The position numbers and the translations under genes were made by a program. Under the pieces are notes generated by a model. It had not been told where the DNA came from, did no database searches, and saw nothing but the letters and a program-made list of their open reading frames with translations. Below, piece after piece: positions 19,959-29,627 of a DNA stretch of 64,000 nucleotides; position 1 is the stretch's first letter, and each line of letters starts with the position of its first letter. The DNA comes from Deltaproteobacteria bacterium (lineage in GTDB: Bacteria; Desulfobacterota; RBG-13-43-22), in contig JACQYK010000085.1 in assembly GCA_016208255.1 (NCBI GenBank), positions 12,464 to 76,463 on the forward strand, given 5' to 3'.

Positions 19959-20180
19959 GGCCGGTCGGCTTTGCCGACCTAAAAAAGAGGCTTCCTTCGG
20001 AAGCCGGCAGTTCAGGGAAAACCATTTTTTCCCATCGGGAGAAGTAATGAACTTTTATAAATCGCCGAAAACAAAAGTCCGTCATTCCGGCGAAAGCCGG
20101 AATCCAGCGTTTTCTTAATAGTTATAATATCCTGGACCCCGGCTTTCGCCGGGGTGACTCCTTCATACGAATTCATCAGA
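19959..20180. repeat. Family-B fragment (19959-20008) plus family-C REP/dRS3-like paired palindrome (20081-20158)
   Basis: GGTCGGCTTTGCCGACC-TAAAAAAGAGGCTTCCTTCGGAAGCCGGC, then GTCATTCCGGCGAAAGCCGGAATCCAG ... CTGGACCCCGGCTTTCGCCGGGGTGAC. Confidence 0.85.
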
Positions 20181-20225
20181 AACAACCGATTGGGAAAAAG
20201 GATCCAAGCAAGGAAGGGGCAACCT

Positions 20226-20765
20226 ATGAAATATAGTGGAACAGTCTGGAAATTCGGAGACCATGTGGATACCGATGTGATTATACCGGCCCGGTATTTA
20301 ACGACCTCGGATCCCCAAGAGTTAGGGAGGCATTGTCTGGAAGATGCCGATCCGGATTTTGTAAAGAAGATCCATCCAGGGGACCTTATTGTGGCCGGGA
20401 GAAATTTTGGCAGCGGTTCTTCCCGGGAACATGCCCCGATAGCCATTAAGGCCGCGGGGATTTCCTGTGTTATCGCTGAAAGTTTCGCCCGGATTTTTTA
20501 TCGCAACGCCATCAATATGGGGCTCCCGATATTTGAATCCCCGGAAGCCTCCCAAATGATCAAAGCCGGGGACAGGGTGAGGGTCAATACCCAGACCGGG
20601 ATCATTGAAGATCTGACCTTACAAAAGAAATTTCAGGCTGAGCCCATGCCGCCTTTTATGCAGGAATTGATTCGTGACGGGGGGTTGATAAAACACGTCA
20701 AGAAAGTTCAAAGTTCAAAGTTCAAGGAAAAACTAAAAAGGGATAAAGGTAAAAATAATGAATAA
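20226..20765 (+). CDS. leuD: 3-isopropylmalate dehydratase small subunit
   Basis: KFGDHVDTDVIIPARYL, NFGSGSSREHAP and SFARIFYRNAIN.G. Start moved to ATG 20226 after GGAAGG. Confidence 0.95.
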   Translation: MKYSGTVWKFGDHVDTDVIIPARYLTTSDPQELGRHCLEDADPDFVKKIHPGDLIVAGRNFGSGSSREHAPIAIKAAGISCVIAESFARIFYRNAINMGLPIFESPEASQMIKAGDRVRVNTQTGIIEDLTLQKKFQAEPMPPFMQELIRDGGLIKHVKKVQSSKFKEKLKRDKGKNNE

Positions 20766-21816
20766 AACCTTTCAGATTGCCGTTATCGCGGGGGACGGGA
20801 CCGGGCCGGAAGTAGTCGCCGAAGGACTCAAGGTGCTGAAGGCCGTGGAAGAAAAAGGGGAAGGCTCTTTTAATTTTACCCCTTTTGATTTAGGGGGGGA
20901 GCGTTACTTGAGGACCGGCGACATCCTGCCGGAAACCGAATTGAACAAGCTGAAAAAGATGGATGCCATTTATCTGGGGGCGATCGGCCATCCGGAGGTA
21001 AGGCCCGGTATTCTGGAAAAAGGCTTGCTGTTAAGATTGCGTTTCGATCTGGACCAATATATCAACTTAAGGCCGGTGGTCCTTTATCCCGGAGTGGAAA
21101 CGCCTTTGAGAAATAAAGGGCCTGAAGACATCGATTTTATCGTCATCCGGGAAAACACCGAAGGCCTTTATACCGGGGCCGGGGGCTGTCTGAAAAAAGG
21201 GACGGCCGATGAAGTGGCCGTTCAGGAATCCGTCAATACCCGGAAAGGGGTGGAACGCTGTATCCGATATGCCTTTGATCTGTGTCAAAAACGGAACCTG
21301 AAACGCAAACTGACCCTCTGCGGAAAAACCAATGTTCTGACTTTTGCTTTTGACCTCTGGGAGCGGGTTTTTCATGAAGTGGCCGAAGAATATCCCCGGG
21401 TCACCATCGACTACGCCCATGTCGATGCGGTCTGCATGTGGATGGTCAAGAACCCGGAATGGTTTGATGTGATTGTCACCGATAATATGTTCGGAGATAT
21501 TATTACCGACCTGGGGGCCATGATCCAGGGGGGGATGGGTATTGCCGCCGGCGGGAATATCAATCCCCAGGGGGTTTCCATGTTCGAGCCCATCGGCGGC
21601 TCGGCCCCCAAATATACCGGAAAAAATATCATCAATCCCCTGGCGGCCATCGGAGCCGCACAGATGATGTTAGCTCATCTGGGATTGGAACAAGCTGCCC
21701 AGCGGGTGGAAAAGGCCATTCGGGCGGTGGTTAAGAACAACATTAAGGACCTGACCGCCGGGAAAATGGGATTTACCACCCGGGAGGTCGGGGACCTAGT
21801 GGTTTCCTATTTATAA
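20758..21816 (+). CDS. leuB: 3-isopropylmalate dehydrogenase
   Basis: [24 protein letters not shown] and FEPIGGSAP, in leu operon context. Confidence 0.92.
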   Translation: MNKTFQIAVIAGDGTGPEVVAEGLKVLKAVEEKGEGSFNFTPFDLGGERYLRTGDILPETELNKLKKMDAIYLGAIGHPEVRPGILEKGLLLRLRFDLDQYINLRPVVLYPGVETPLRNKGPEDIDFIVIRENTEGLYTGAGGCLKKGTADEVAVQESVNTRKGVERCIRYAFDLCQKRNLKRKLTLCGKTNVLTFAFDLWERVFHEVAEEYPRVTIDYAHVDAVCMWMVKNPEWFDVIVTDNMFGDIITDLGAMIQGGMGIAAGGNINPQGVSMFEPIGGSAPKYTGKNIINPLAAIGAAQMMLAHLGLEQAAQRVEKAIRAVVKNNIKDLTAGKMGFTTREVGDLVVSYL

Positions 21817-21819
21817 ACG

Positions 21820-21882
21820 GTGTAAGGTATAAGGTATAAGGTGCAGGGAAAACCCTAAACCTGAAACCGTAAACCTTTAACC
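21820..21882. repeat. Inverted heptamer repeat pair (TAAGGTA)n / (TAAACCx)n
   Basis: GTAAGGTATAAGGTATAAGG ... CCCTAAACCTGAAACCGTAAACCTTTAACC. Confidence 0.6.
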
Positions 21883-21909
21883 GTCATTTTGTTTTGAGGA
21901 AGGTGCCTA

Positions 21910-22917
21910 ATGGAAAGATTATGGAATGTAGCGGTGGCCGGGGCCACCGGAGCCGTTGGAAATCAGATGATCCGTTGTCTGGAAGAAAGGGATTTCCCGG
22001 TAAAGAATATCAGATTCCTGGCTTCAGCCCGTTCTGTCGGAAAGACCCTCCCTTATAAAGGTAAACCGGTCGCGGTTGAAGAATTGAAGGAAGATTCATT
22101 TAACGATTTTGAAATAGCCTTATTTTCCGCCGGGGCTTCGACCAGTCTAAGGTTTGCCCCGCTGGCGGCCCGGGCCGGTTGCGTAGTGATCGATAATTCC
22201 AGCGCTTTCCGGATGGAGCCCAAGATCCCTCTGGTAGTGCCGGAATGCAATCCCCAGCGCATCGTCGCCGGCCCGGGGATTATTGCCAACCCGAATTGTT
22301 CGACCATCCAGATGGTGGTAGCCCTGAAGCCGATCCACGATCAGGTTCGGATCAAGCGGATCATCGTCTCCACCTACCAGGCCGTATCCGGGACCGGTCA
22401 AAAAGCGATTGTTGAACTGAGGAATCAGATTGCCGATCTGGCAGCGGGCAAAGAGCCGGAAATAAAGGTTTATCCTTATCAAATTGCCTATAACTGTCTG
22501 CCTCACATTGATGTCTTCCTGGAAAATGATTATACCAAGGAAGAGATGAAGATGGTCAACGAAACCCGCAAAATTCTGGAGGATGATACCATCCGGATTT
22601 CGGCCACCACCGTACGGGTGCCGGTTTTTTACGGACACTCGGAAGCGGTCTATATAGAAACCGAAAAAAAGATCACCCCCCAGGAAGTGAAGGACCTCCT
22701 GCGGACCGCCCCGGGTGTGGTGGTCATGGATGATGTGGCCAAAAAGGTTTACCCGACCGCTTTGGTGTCCGAAGGAAAAGATGAAGTCTTCGTCGGACGT
22801 ATCCGGGAGGATATTTCCCATGAAAAAGGGATCGTCCTCTGGGTCGTGTCCGACAATATCCGGAAAGGGGCGGCAACCAACGCCGTTCAGATTGCGGAAA
22901 TCTGGACAAAAAGATAA
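21910..22917 (+). CDS. asd: Aspartate-semialdehyde dehydrogenase
   Basis: GATGAVG, IDNSSAFRM, ANPNCSTIQ, YQAVSGTG and DNIRKGAATNAVQIAE. Confidence 0.97.
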   Translation: MERLWNVAVAGATGAVGNQMIRCLEERDFPVKNIRFLASARSVGKTLPYKGKPVAVEELKEDSFNDFEIALFSAGASTSLRFAPLAARAGCVVIDNSSAFRMEPKIPLVVPECNPQRIVAGPGIIANPNCSTIQMVVALKPIHDQVRIKRIIVSTYQAVSGTGQKAIVELRNQIADLAAGKEPEIKVYPYQIAYNCLPHIDVFLENDYTKEEMKMVNETRKILEDDTIRISATTVRVPVFYGHSEAVYIETEKKITPQEVKDLLRTAPGVVVMDDVAKKVYPTALVSEGKDEVFVGRIREDISHEKGIVLWVVSDNIRKGAATNAVQIAEIWTKR

Positions 22918-22925
22918 AGAAAGAA

Positions 22926-23135
22926 GGTGACGGGTGACGGCTTAAGAATGTTGAACTCGTAGAAAGTCGTCACCCCGGTGAAAACCGGGGTCCAGAGGTT
23001 TTTAATTAGTTTAAATTTCTGGATTCCGACTTTCGTCGGAATAACGAAAACGGACTGTGGTGATTTCTTTAAGTCCATTGAGAATGAAAAGGGAAAGGAT
23101 TTTTTTCTTGTCACCCGTCACCCGTCTCTCGTCAC
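22926..23135. repeat. Family-C paired palindrome (22969-23045) nested between inverted heptamer arrays (GGTGACG)n / (CGTCACC)n
   Basis: GGTGACGGGTGACGG at 22926, GTCACCCCGGTGAAAACCGGGGTCCAG...CTGGATTCCGACTTTCGTCGGAATAAC, and GTCACCCGTCACCCGTC at 23110. Confidence 0.85.
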
Positions 23136-23142
23136 TTTTTTT

Positions 23143-23832
23143 ATGCGAATCATCGCCGGGCAATGCAAAGGGCACCATTTAGCTCCCCTGAAAGGCGGGA
23201 AGACCAGACCCACTCAAGACCGGGTCAGGGAATCGATATTCAACATTCTGGAGCCGTACGGGCCTTTTCTTAATGTGGCCGATCTGTTTGCCGGGAGCGG
23301 GGCCCTGGGTCTGGAGGCCTTGAGCCGTTGGGGCGGTAACGCCCTTTTTGTTGAATTTTCCAGACCGGCGGTCGATTGTCTTCGGGAAAATATACGCCGG
23401 TTGAAGATGGAAACAAAATCCCGCCTGATTCAACGGGACCTGAGTCGCGGTGTCCGGTTTTTATTAAACCGCCATGCCCCGCCTTTGGGGCGTGGCACCA
23501 CCATACGGTTGGCTTTGCCAACCTCAAAAGGAGACATTCAGAGAATGTCGGGACATGAAAATAAAACTCGTTCGGTGACAAGCTCTATTCGCGAACTAAA
23601 AGACGCCGAACCGTTCGATTTGGTTTTTATAGATCCCCCCTATGGACAAGGGTGGTGCAATGTGATAGTTTCAGCCGTGTTGAGCCTTCCTCTGCTCCAA
23701 GAGAATGGGATTCTGGTTCTGGAACATGATTTAAAAGAACCGATACCCGAAAAAGTGGGAAATTGGGGAATAGGGGACCAACGGCGCTATGGACAAACCA
23801 GGGTCTCCTTTTACAAATTCAGGAAAGGGTGA
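23143..23832 (+). CDS. rsmD: 16S rRNA m2G966 methyltransferase RsmD with an in-frame ~40-aa repeat-derived insertion
   Basis: MRIIAG..KG, TRPT.DRVRESIFN, DLFAGSGALGLEALSR, FDLVFIDPPY and RRYG. Directly upstream of coaD. Confidence 0.92.
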   Translation: MRIIAGQCKGHHLAPLKGGKTRPTQDRVRESIFNILEPYGPFLNVADLFAGSGALGLEALSRWGGNALFVEFSRPAVDCLRENIRRLKMETKSRLIQRDLSRGVRFLLNRHAPPLGRGTTIRLALPTSKGDIQRMSGHENKTRSVTSSIRELKDAEPFDLVFIDPPYGQGWCNVIVSAVLSLPLLQENGILVLEHDLKEPIPEKVGNWGIGDQRRYGQTRVSFYKFRKG

Positions 23833-23840
23833 AAAATCAT

Positions 23841-24413
23841 ATGAGTCGCGTGGCGATCTATCCGGGTTCTTTTGATCCCATCACCAACGGGCACCTCAGT
23901 TTGCTTCGCAGGGGCCTTCAGATATTCGATAAAATCGTTATAGCTATTGCCATCAACCCCAGTAAAAAACCGTTGTTCTCTTTGGAAGAACGGGTTGATA
24001 TCCTCAAGGCCGTCTTGAAGGATTACTCCCGGATCGAAATCGATCATTTCCAGGGTCTGCTGGTGGACTATGTCCAGCGCCGGGAAACCAATATCGTTTT
24101 GCGGGGTTTGAGGGCCTTGTCGGATTTCGAGTATGAATTCCAGTATTCCTTGATCAATCGAAAATTGAACCAAAAAGTGGAGATGGTTTTTATGATGACC
24201 GATTATAAATGGTTTTATATCAGCTCGACCATTATCAAAGAAGCCGCCTCCCTGGGGGGAAATATCGACGGGCTGGTTCCGGAAGTCGTCAACCAGCGAC
24301 TGAGAGAAAAATATGGGTTTCCTCCCAAAGCGCAGGTCAACAATCATTCGAAGATCGGGGATGGTTTAAAACCGCACGGTCGAAATTCCAGGAAAAAGGA
24401 AATCTGGGGGTAA
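23841..24413 (+). CDS. coaD: Phosphopantetheine adenylyltransferase
   Basis: AIYPGSFDPITNGH, RGLRALSDFEYE and ISSTIIKE.A..GG. Confidence 0.96.
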   Translation: MSRVAIYPGSFDPITNGHLSLLRRGLQIFDKIVIAIAINPSKKPLFSLEERVDILKAVLKDYSRIEIDHFQGLLVDYVQRRETNIVLRGLRALSDFEYEFQYSLINRKLNQKVEMVFMMTDYKWFYISSTIIKEAASLGGNIDGLVPEVVNQRLREKYGFPPKAQVNNHSKIGDGLKPHGRNSRKKEIWG

Positions 24414-24557
24414 TTCTGATTCCTTTTCCTACTGGCGGGCGGCAGCGCATTGGCGCCTTCCTTCCCCCTGATTCCCGGGGGGAGGGAAGGATTGAAGGGG
24501 ATGAACGCTTCAAATTGAATATTAGCAAAACAACTTTGCACACTAGACATTGCGGGT

Positions 24558-25265
24558 TCAATTCTCCCTTCTATTTTGATCAATGCCGTCCTGACATTCC
24601 CGGATGGAGGCCAAGGTTAGTTTTTTGTTGTTCCACCGGACAACCAGGAAAATCATCAAAATAATAATCAAAGCACCGGCCGTCATCACTACCGGGGTCA
24701 GTATCGTATTTGGGAGATTCTCATAAAGGCCCACCGCGCCGAATCCGATGAAAATCAGTGCAGCACCCCATTTTATGATCCTCTCCGGTATTTTTTTACC
24801 CATCACGATCCCCACGACAATCCCAAAGGCGTTAGAAACCATCATCCCCAGGGTGGTTCCCATCCAGACCGTAATAATGGCCTGGTATTCGACCGCCAGT
24901 GAAATAGTAGCTAACTGGGTTTTGTCCCCCATCTCGGCCATGAAAAAGGCTACGGTCACGGTCCAGAAGGGGCTGAACTGGTAGCGCTGATCCTCGCCGC
25001 TGAGTTTGTCCCCACGAATGGTCCAAAGTCCAAATAAAATAAAGGAAACCGCCGCCGCGATTTTTATGGCCTCCAAGGGGACGATCATGGTCAGATAGCT
25101 TCCGGCAGCGGCGGCCATGATATGGTTGGCGGCCGTAGCGACCAACACCCCCCACATGACGGTCTGCCACCGGAACCGACAGGCGAAGGCCATGGCCAGA
25201 AGTTGGGTTTTGTCTCCCATTTCGGCCAGCACGACAAAGATCAGGGAAGCAATAAAGGCTGTCAT
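24558..25265 (-). CDS. TMEM165/GDT1 (UPF0016) family Mn2+/Ca2+ transporter
   Basis: Two copies of the family motif AEMGDKTQL. AGGAGG RBS before ATG 25265. Confidence 0.93.
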   Translation of the reverse strand: MTAFIASLIFVVLAEMGDKTQLLAMAFACRFRWQTVMWGVLVATAANHIMAAAAGSYLTMIVPLEAIKIAAAVSFILFGLWTIRGDKLSGEDQRYQFSPFWTVTVAFFMAEMGDKTQLATISLAVEYQAIITVWMGTTLGMMVSNAFGIVVGIVMGKKIPERIIKWGAALIFIGFGAVGLYENLPNTILTPVVMTAGALIIILMIFLVVRWNNKKLTLASIRECQDGIDQNRREN

Positions 25266-25280
25266 TAACCCCTTCCTCCT

Positions 25281-25337
25281 TTTCAAAAAAAAAGCGAGGG
25301 CTTCCGTATGACCTGGTGGTCACACAAAGCTCTCGCT
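25281..25337 (-). terminator. Intrinsic terminator (riboswitch expression platform)
   Basis: On the minus strand: GCGAGAGCTTTGTGTGACC-ACCA-GGTCATACGGAAGCCCTCGC followed by T9. The 5' arm overlaps the aptamer 3' end. Confidence 0.8.
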
Positions 25338-25416
25338 TATTGGCTTTGAAACCAACGACAGGGCCAGGCTTTCGCCAGTGTGTTGACCCAGTCTTTGTAA
25401 GCTACTCCGCTTTAGT
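25324..25416 (-). ncRNA. yybP-ykoY manganese riboswitch
   Basis: The minus strand reads AAAGCGGAGTAGC...GGTCAACACACTGGCGAAAGCCTGGCC...AAGCGAGAGCTTT, matching the GGAGUAG / GUCAAYAYAC / GCGAGA.C hallmarks. It lies upstream of a UPF0016 gene, a known target class. Confidence 0.85.
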
Positions 25417-25446
25417 TGATAAGATCTTATTCTTTATCAGGAAAAG

Positions 25447-25475
25447 GTTATAAAACAAGGGAAGGAAAGAGTCAA
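25447..25475 (-). promoter_or_regulatory. Sigma70-type promoter upstream of the riboswitch
   Basis: TTGACT-17 nt-TATAAC on the minus strand. Confidence 0.55.
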
Positions 25476-25504
25476 GGATAAAAATGACGGTCATCCTCCC
25501 CGGC

Positions 25505-25855
25505 TCATTTTTTGATAAGGACTTCAAGACCTTTAACGCAGGCTTGGGCTACCGCAGAGTCTGCCTTTTCCTGCCCGGGCATTTTATCCCAGCCCCCGGT
25601 TTCAACGAATTCAGCTCTTCTATAGGAATCCAATTCACCTAACTCTTTAAGCTTGCCTTCATGTTCCGGTTGCTTCATAAACTGGGCGACACAGATCGCC
25701 GCCTGACTTGCCAAGACCGCTTCATCGGCTGTCTTTTGAGTAGAGCCCTTGGTTGACCAACCTCCCCAGGCAAAACCGATGATCATAACGATAATGGCGC
25801 CCAAAATCAGGCCCCAGACTCCATACTTAACCTTTCCTGCCGTTTCTGGTTTCAT
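25505..25855 (-). CDS. Hypothetical membrane-anchored protein
   Basis: GGAG RBS, TM helix ending IIGFAWGGW, and two Cys (AICVAQF, AQAC). Confidence 0.75.
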   Translation of the reverse strand: MKPETAGKVKYGVWGLILGAIIVMIIGFAWGGWSTKGSTQKTADEAVLASQAAICVAQFMKQPEHEGKLKELGELDSYRRAEFVETGGWDKMPGQEKADSAVAQACVKGLEVLIKK

Positions 25856-26015
25856 TGATTTCTCCCTTTTCGATAAAAGTGTCTAAATAATGAGCATTGG
25901 CTGCCGCCTTTTTTCCTTCAAGAAATAATATCCAACCGTCTAGGCCTGACCTCCTTCCCCATTTTGGACCAGGTGATAGATCGACCCCAGGTTTTCTGAA
26001 CGGATTCCCGGAACA

Positions 26016-27494
26016 TTAATCGACTGGTTGCATGGCATTGATTAACTCCTTAATTCCAACGGTTGCGATGCCGGACATGACATCCGCCATCGCGTAGGGA
26101 ATGACCAGTTCGTTGTTGTGGATCATCGAACCGCAGCTATAAACGACATTGGGGACATACCCCTCGCGTTCTTCTTCATGCGGCGAGAGTAACGGTTCTT
26201 CCAGGCGGGCGATGATTTTTGACGGATTTTCAAGATCCAGTAGAATGGCGCTGATGCAATACTGGCGCATAGGCCCGACACCGTGGGTGAGTACCAGCCA
26301 GCCCTTACCGGTCTCCAGGGGGGAGCCGCAGTTGCCGATCTGAATAAATTCCCAGGGACGGGTTGGTTCCTGTATGATTTTAGACTCCTGCCAGAAATGG
26401 ATATTGTCTGAGAACATGATGTGATTGTTTTCCCCATCCTGACGGGAAAGCATGACGTATTGGCCGTCAATTTTACGCGGGAAAAGAGCCATCCCTTTAT
26501 TTTGAACGGCTTTTCCGTTGAGGGTTATTATATTAAATTTGAAAAATTCCTTGGTGGTAATCAGCTGGGGCAGAATGGTAAAATCATTATAGGCCGTATA
26601 GGTTGCGTAGTAGGTCACCTCACCATTGGTATCGATAAATTTCACGAAGCGGGCGTCTTCAATACCTCGGCATTCGTTTTTCGAAAGAGGGAAAATAACC
26701 CGTTCGGAAATTCGATGATTGGGATGGAAGCTTATTTCATAATTGGAATTGATCAGCCAGTACATAACCTCAAAGATTTTATTTTGGCTCGTAACCGGGA
26801 AAACCGGGGTTGCGCGAAGCGATTCAATTTTATTTTTTAATTCGTTATAGGTGAAAATTTCCGGCAACTGGCCAAGAAGATAAGCGGTTATCTCATTGCC
26901 GGCCCCCATTTCCAGAAGCTTCAGATCAAAGAGATGTCGGTCGTAAGCCGAATCCAAATGGACCTCCGGTGTTTCGACGTAGTCGCTGGTCGGGTTGAAG
27001 AGAACCCTGTTGTCCGAGTCAAGAACACCGCTGCGAAATACAATCGAGGAAAGATGACCTTCCCCGGTGGCCCGCAGGCTCATGATAAAGCGCAGGCTGC
27101 CCTGGTCCAGATGGGTTTGATCGGGATGAGGGACGATGGATGGATTAAAAAGGGCCGCCGATTCAATGGAGTACTCCATAGTAAAATAAGCCCCGATCAG
27201 AGCCCTTTTGTTCTCGCTAAGGACGGCTTCCCGAGGAAGGTAATCAATGACCTCATTCAGGTGACGCGCAAAAACATGTTTGATATCTTTGTGTCGATCG
27301 GAAAAATCTATCAATATTTGGGCGAGAATGTCTTCGGCTGTAGTCTCGGACAAATCCAAGATGCGTTGAATGATCTTAGGTATGCGATACTCTCCGTCCG
27401 GCAAATGAAGCCGGGTAATGACGCGTGAGGAGTCTCCTAAAATTTTATTTCTTTTTCGTTTGACGATTAAATGGGATAGATGTTTTTGGATCAT
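26016..27494 (-). CDS. GH130-like glycosidase/phosphorylase with N-terminal extension
   Basis: ALFNPSIV, GIEDARFV, NKGMALFPRKI, IGNCGSP and EREGYVPNVVYSCG (five-bladed propeller motifs). Confidence 0.85.
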   Translation of the reverse strand: MIQKHLSHLIVKRKRNKILGDSSRVITRLHLPDGEYRIPKIIQRILDLSETTAEDILAQILIDFSDRHKDIKHVFARHLNEVIDYLPREAVLSENKRALIGAYFTMEYSIESAALFNPSIVPHPDQTHLDQGSLRFIMSLRATGEGHLSSIVFRSGVLDSDNRVLFNPTSDYVETPEVHLDSAYDRHLFDLKLLEMGAGNEITAYLLGQLPEIFTYNELKNKIESLRATPVFPVTSQNKIFEVMYWLINSNYEISFHPNHRISERVIFPLSKNECRGIEDARFVKFIDTNGEVTYYATYTAYNDFTILPQLITTKEFFKFNIITLNGKAVQNKGMALFPRKIDGQYVMLSRQDGENNHIMFSDNIHFWQESKIIQEPTRPWEFIQIGNCGSPLETGKGWLVLTHGVGPMRQYCISAILLDLENPSKIIARLEEPLLSPHEEEREGYVPNVVYSCGSMIHNNELVIPYAMADVMSGIATVGIKELINAMQPVD

Positions 27495-27642
27495 TAAAAG
27501 AACTCCTTGATGGGGGTAGATTCTTACAAAGTATCATCTAAGAATTTATCTCTCAAGTAAATACCGTTACGGGTTACTGGTTGCTCGTTTCTTGTTAAAA
27601 CCAGGAACAAGCAACGAGCAACCAGTATATTCTTCATCTTGG

Positions 27643-28584
27643 TTACAGCGCCGCCCTGGACTGGGTGAGACATAACCGGACCAGGTCATCAATCACGGCC
27701 GTGCCGGCGCACAGGACGGTATCAGCGCCGCCCCAGTATATTTTTAGGGTCCCGTCCTTTTCCGGGACGGCGCCGCAGGTAAAAACAACATTGGGGACAT
27801 AACCGCTCACTTCCCAGGGATCTTCGGGTTGCAGTATCCACTGATCGGAAACGCCGATGATTTTTCCCGGATCATCAAGGTCATGCAGAGCCACGCCCAG
27901 GCGATACACCGCACCGCCCATCGTCTTAAAGACTCCATGGTAAATATGCAGCCAGCCTCGGTCGGTTTTGAAGGGCGGTGCGCCGGGCCCGATTTTCATT
28001 TCATCCCAGTGATAGGGAACCGGCTTCATAATCACCTCTGAATCACCCCAGTGCACCAGGTCCGGGGAATAGGAAATCCAGATCGACCAGGGTGAAATTT
28101 CGGAATGCGGTCGGTCCAGACGAGCGTATCGTCCTTGGAATTTCACCGGGAAAATAACTACATTGCGAAGGTCGGCCTGGGTGATCAGGGCGACGCGCTC
28201 AATGCTTTCAAAATCTTTGGTCCGGGCCAGACCGATGCGCACCCCGTGCCGGGAGTAGGCACTGTAGGTGAGAAAATATTCGTTCTCGATTGGATTGATT
28301 CGGAGGTCCTCGATTCCGAACTCCTCATAATCCGCAAAAATGGTGCCCGTGGCCGGGGCGAGAAAGGGTTCGGGGTGGACTATAAAGGAAAACCCATCCT
28401 CACTGTCGGCCCGGCCGATAATAGAGCGCCCGTTGTGCAAATGGGACCTGAACAGCATAATATAGCGGCCGTCGTGTTTGACCATACCGGCATTATGGAC
28501 CGTGGCCACAGGGTAGGGGACATCCTCTTTGGTGAGAATGGGATTTTTTTTATAGCGCTTGATAAAGGGAGCTTGGGCCTTCAT
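27643..28584 (-). CDS. GH130 family glycoside hydrolase/phosphorylase
   Basis: RYKKNPIL, GIEDLRI, RNVVIFP, KIGPGAPP, GYVPNVVFTCG and IYWGGAD. Confidence 0.9.
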   Translation of the reverse strand: MKAQAPFIKRYKKNPILTKEDVPYPVATVHNAGMVKHDGRYIMLFRSHLHNGRSIIGRADSEDGFSFIVHPEPFLAPATGTIFADYEEFGIEDLRINPIENEYFLTYSAYSRHGVRIGLARTKDFESIERVALITQADLRNVVIFPVKFQGRYARLDRPHSEISPWSIWISYSPDLVHWGDSEVIMKPVPYHWDEMKIGPGAPPFKTDRGWLHIYHGVFKTMGGAVYRLGVALHDLDDPGKIIGVSDQWILQPEDPWEVSGYVPNVVFTCGAVPEKDGTLKIYWGGADTVLCAGTAVIDDLVRLCLTQSRAAL

Positions 28585-28587
28585 GGT

Positions 28588-29613
28588 CTATTTCAGGATT
28601 CCTCTCTTTTCCAGAATGGTTTTATAAACCTGAATATATTCCTCCACCATACGATCGACGGTGAAGTGCTGTTCAACACAACGGCGACAGCAGGCGCGAT
28701 CAATATCTTTTATCCGGGCCACCGCGTTTATGGCCTCCTCCACGGTTGAAACGAGAAAACCGTTTTTGCCGTCTTCGATCAATTCCCGCATGCTGCCCCG
28801 GTCAAAAGCAATTACCGGGGTACCGCAGGCCAAGGACTCGACCACCGACAGTCCGAAAGGCTCATCGAAATTGATGGGATGGAGTAGGGCGTAAGCCTGC
28901 TTAAGCAGCAGGTTTCGCTGAACCGGCCCGACGCTGCCGACATAAACGGCGCCCTGCCCGTCCAAATGCGGTTCGACCTTTTGGTGATAATACGCTTCAT
29001 CCTGAATGATTCCGGCCATGATCAGCTTTTTATGGCAGGCCCTGGCGATTTCCAGGGCCTCTCCGGCTCCTTTATCAGGGTGAAGGCGGCCGAAAAAAAG
29101 AAGATAATCTTCCGGTTCAGGTTGAAAATCAAACTGTTTCATATTGATGCCGTGATGGATGGTTTTGATATAGTCAAGATCCGGAGACCGGTCGGCATCG
29201 CTGATGGAAACATAAAATACTTTATGGTTATATTTTTTATAAACAGGCAAAATCCCGGGTGATGAAAAGCCGTGAATAGTGGTAACGAAGGGGGTGGTGA
29301 CCAGGCCGCTATAGGTCAAGGGCAAAAAATCAAAATGATTATGAATAATATCAAAATCATCCGCCTGCTCAAAGAGTTCCGAGATATGCAGGCACTCCCA
29401 GACTTTGGGCAGAAGGGAGGGATCTTCTTCATAGCCCCGGGGGCAGACGGCCTGCAGCTTGCCACTTGTTTTCGAATCACCGGTGGCAAAGAGGGTAACC
29501 TCATAACCACGGGAGACCAGCCCCTCGGTTAAAAGGGAGACCACGCTTTCCCAGGGGCCGTAGTGCCGTGGGGGCGTGCGCCAGGCAATCGGTGACAGTA
29601 TCCCAATGCGCAT
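28588..29613 (-). CDS. Glycosyltransferase family 4
   Basis: PP..YGPWE, GRLHPDKG and EPFGLSVVESLACGTPV. Confidence 0.92.
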   Translation of the reverse strand: MRIGILSPIAWRTPPRHYGPWESVVSLLTEGLVSRGYEVTLFATGDSKTSGKLQAVCPRGYEEDPSLLPKVWECLHISELFEQADDFDIIHNHFDFLPLTYSGLVTTPFVTTIHGFSSPGILPVYKKYNHKVFYVSISDADRSPDLDYIKTIHHGINMKQFDFQPEPEDYLLFFGRLHPDKGAGEALEIARACHKKLIMAGIIQDEAYYHQKVEPHLDGQGAVYVGSVGPVQRNLLLKQAYALLHPINFDEPFGLSVVESLACGTPVIAFDRGSMRELIEDGKNGFLVSTVEEAINAVARIKDIDRACCRRCVEQHFTVDRMVEEYIQVYKTILEKRGILK

Positions 29614-29627
29614 AGAGAGTCCTTTAG

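Noticed and set aside
22978-23142. N-terminal extension of RsmD (likewise LeuD 20154-20225 and CoaD 23763-23840)
   Set aside because: The extensions run through repeat DNA or the upstream gene. Family-typical starts lie at 23143, 20226 and 23841.
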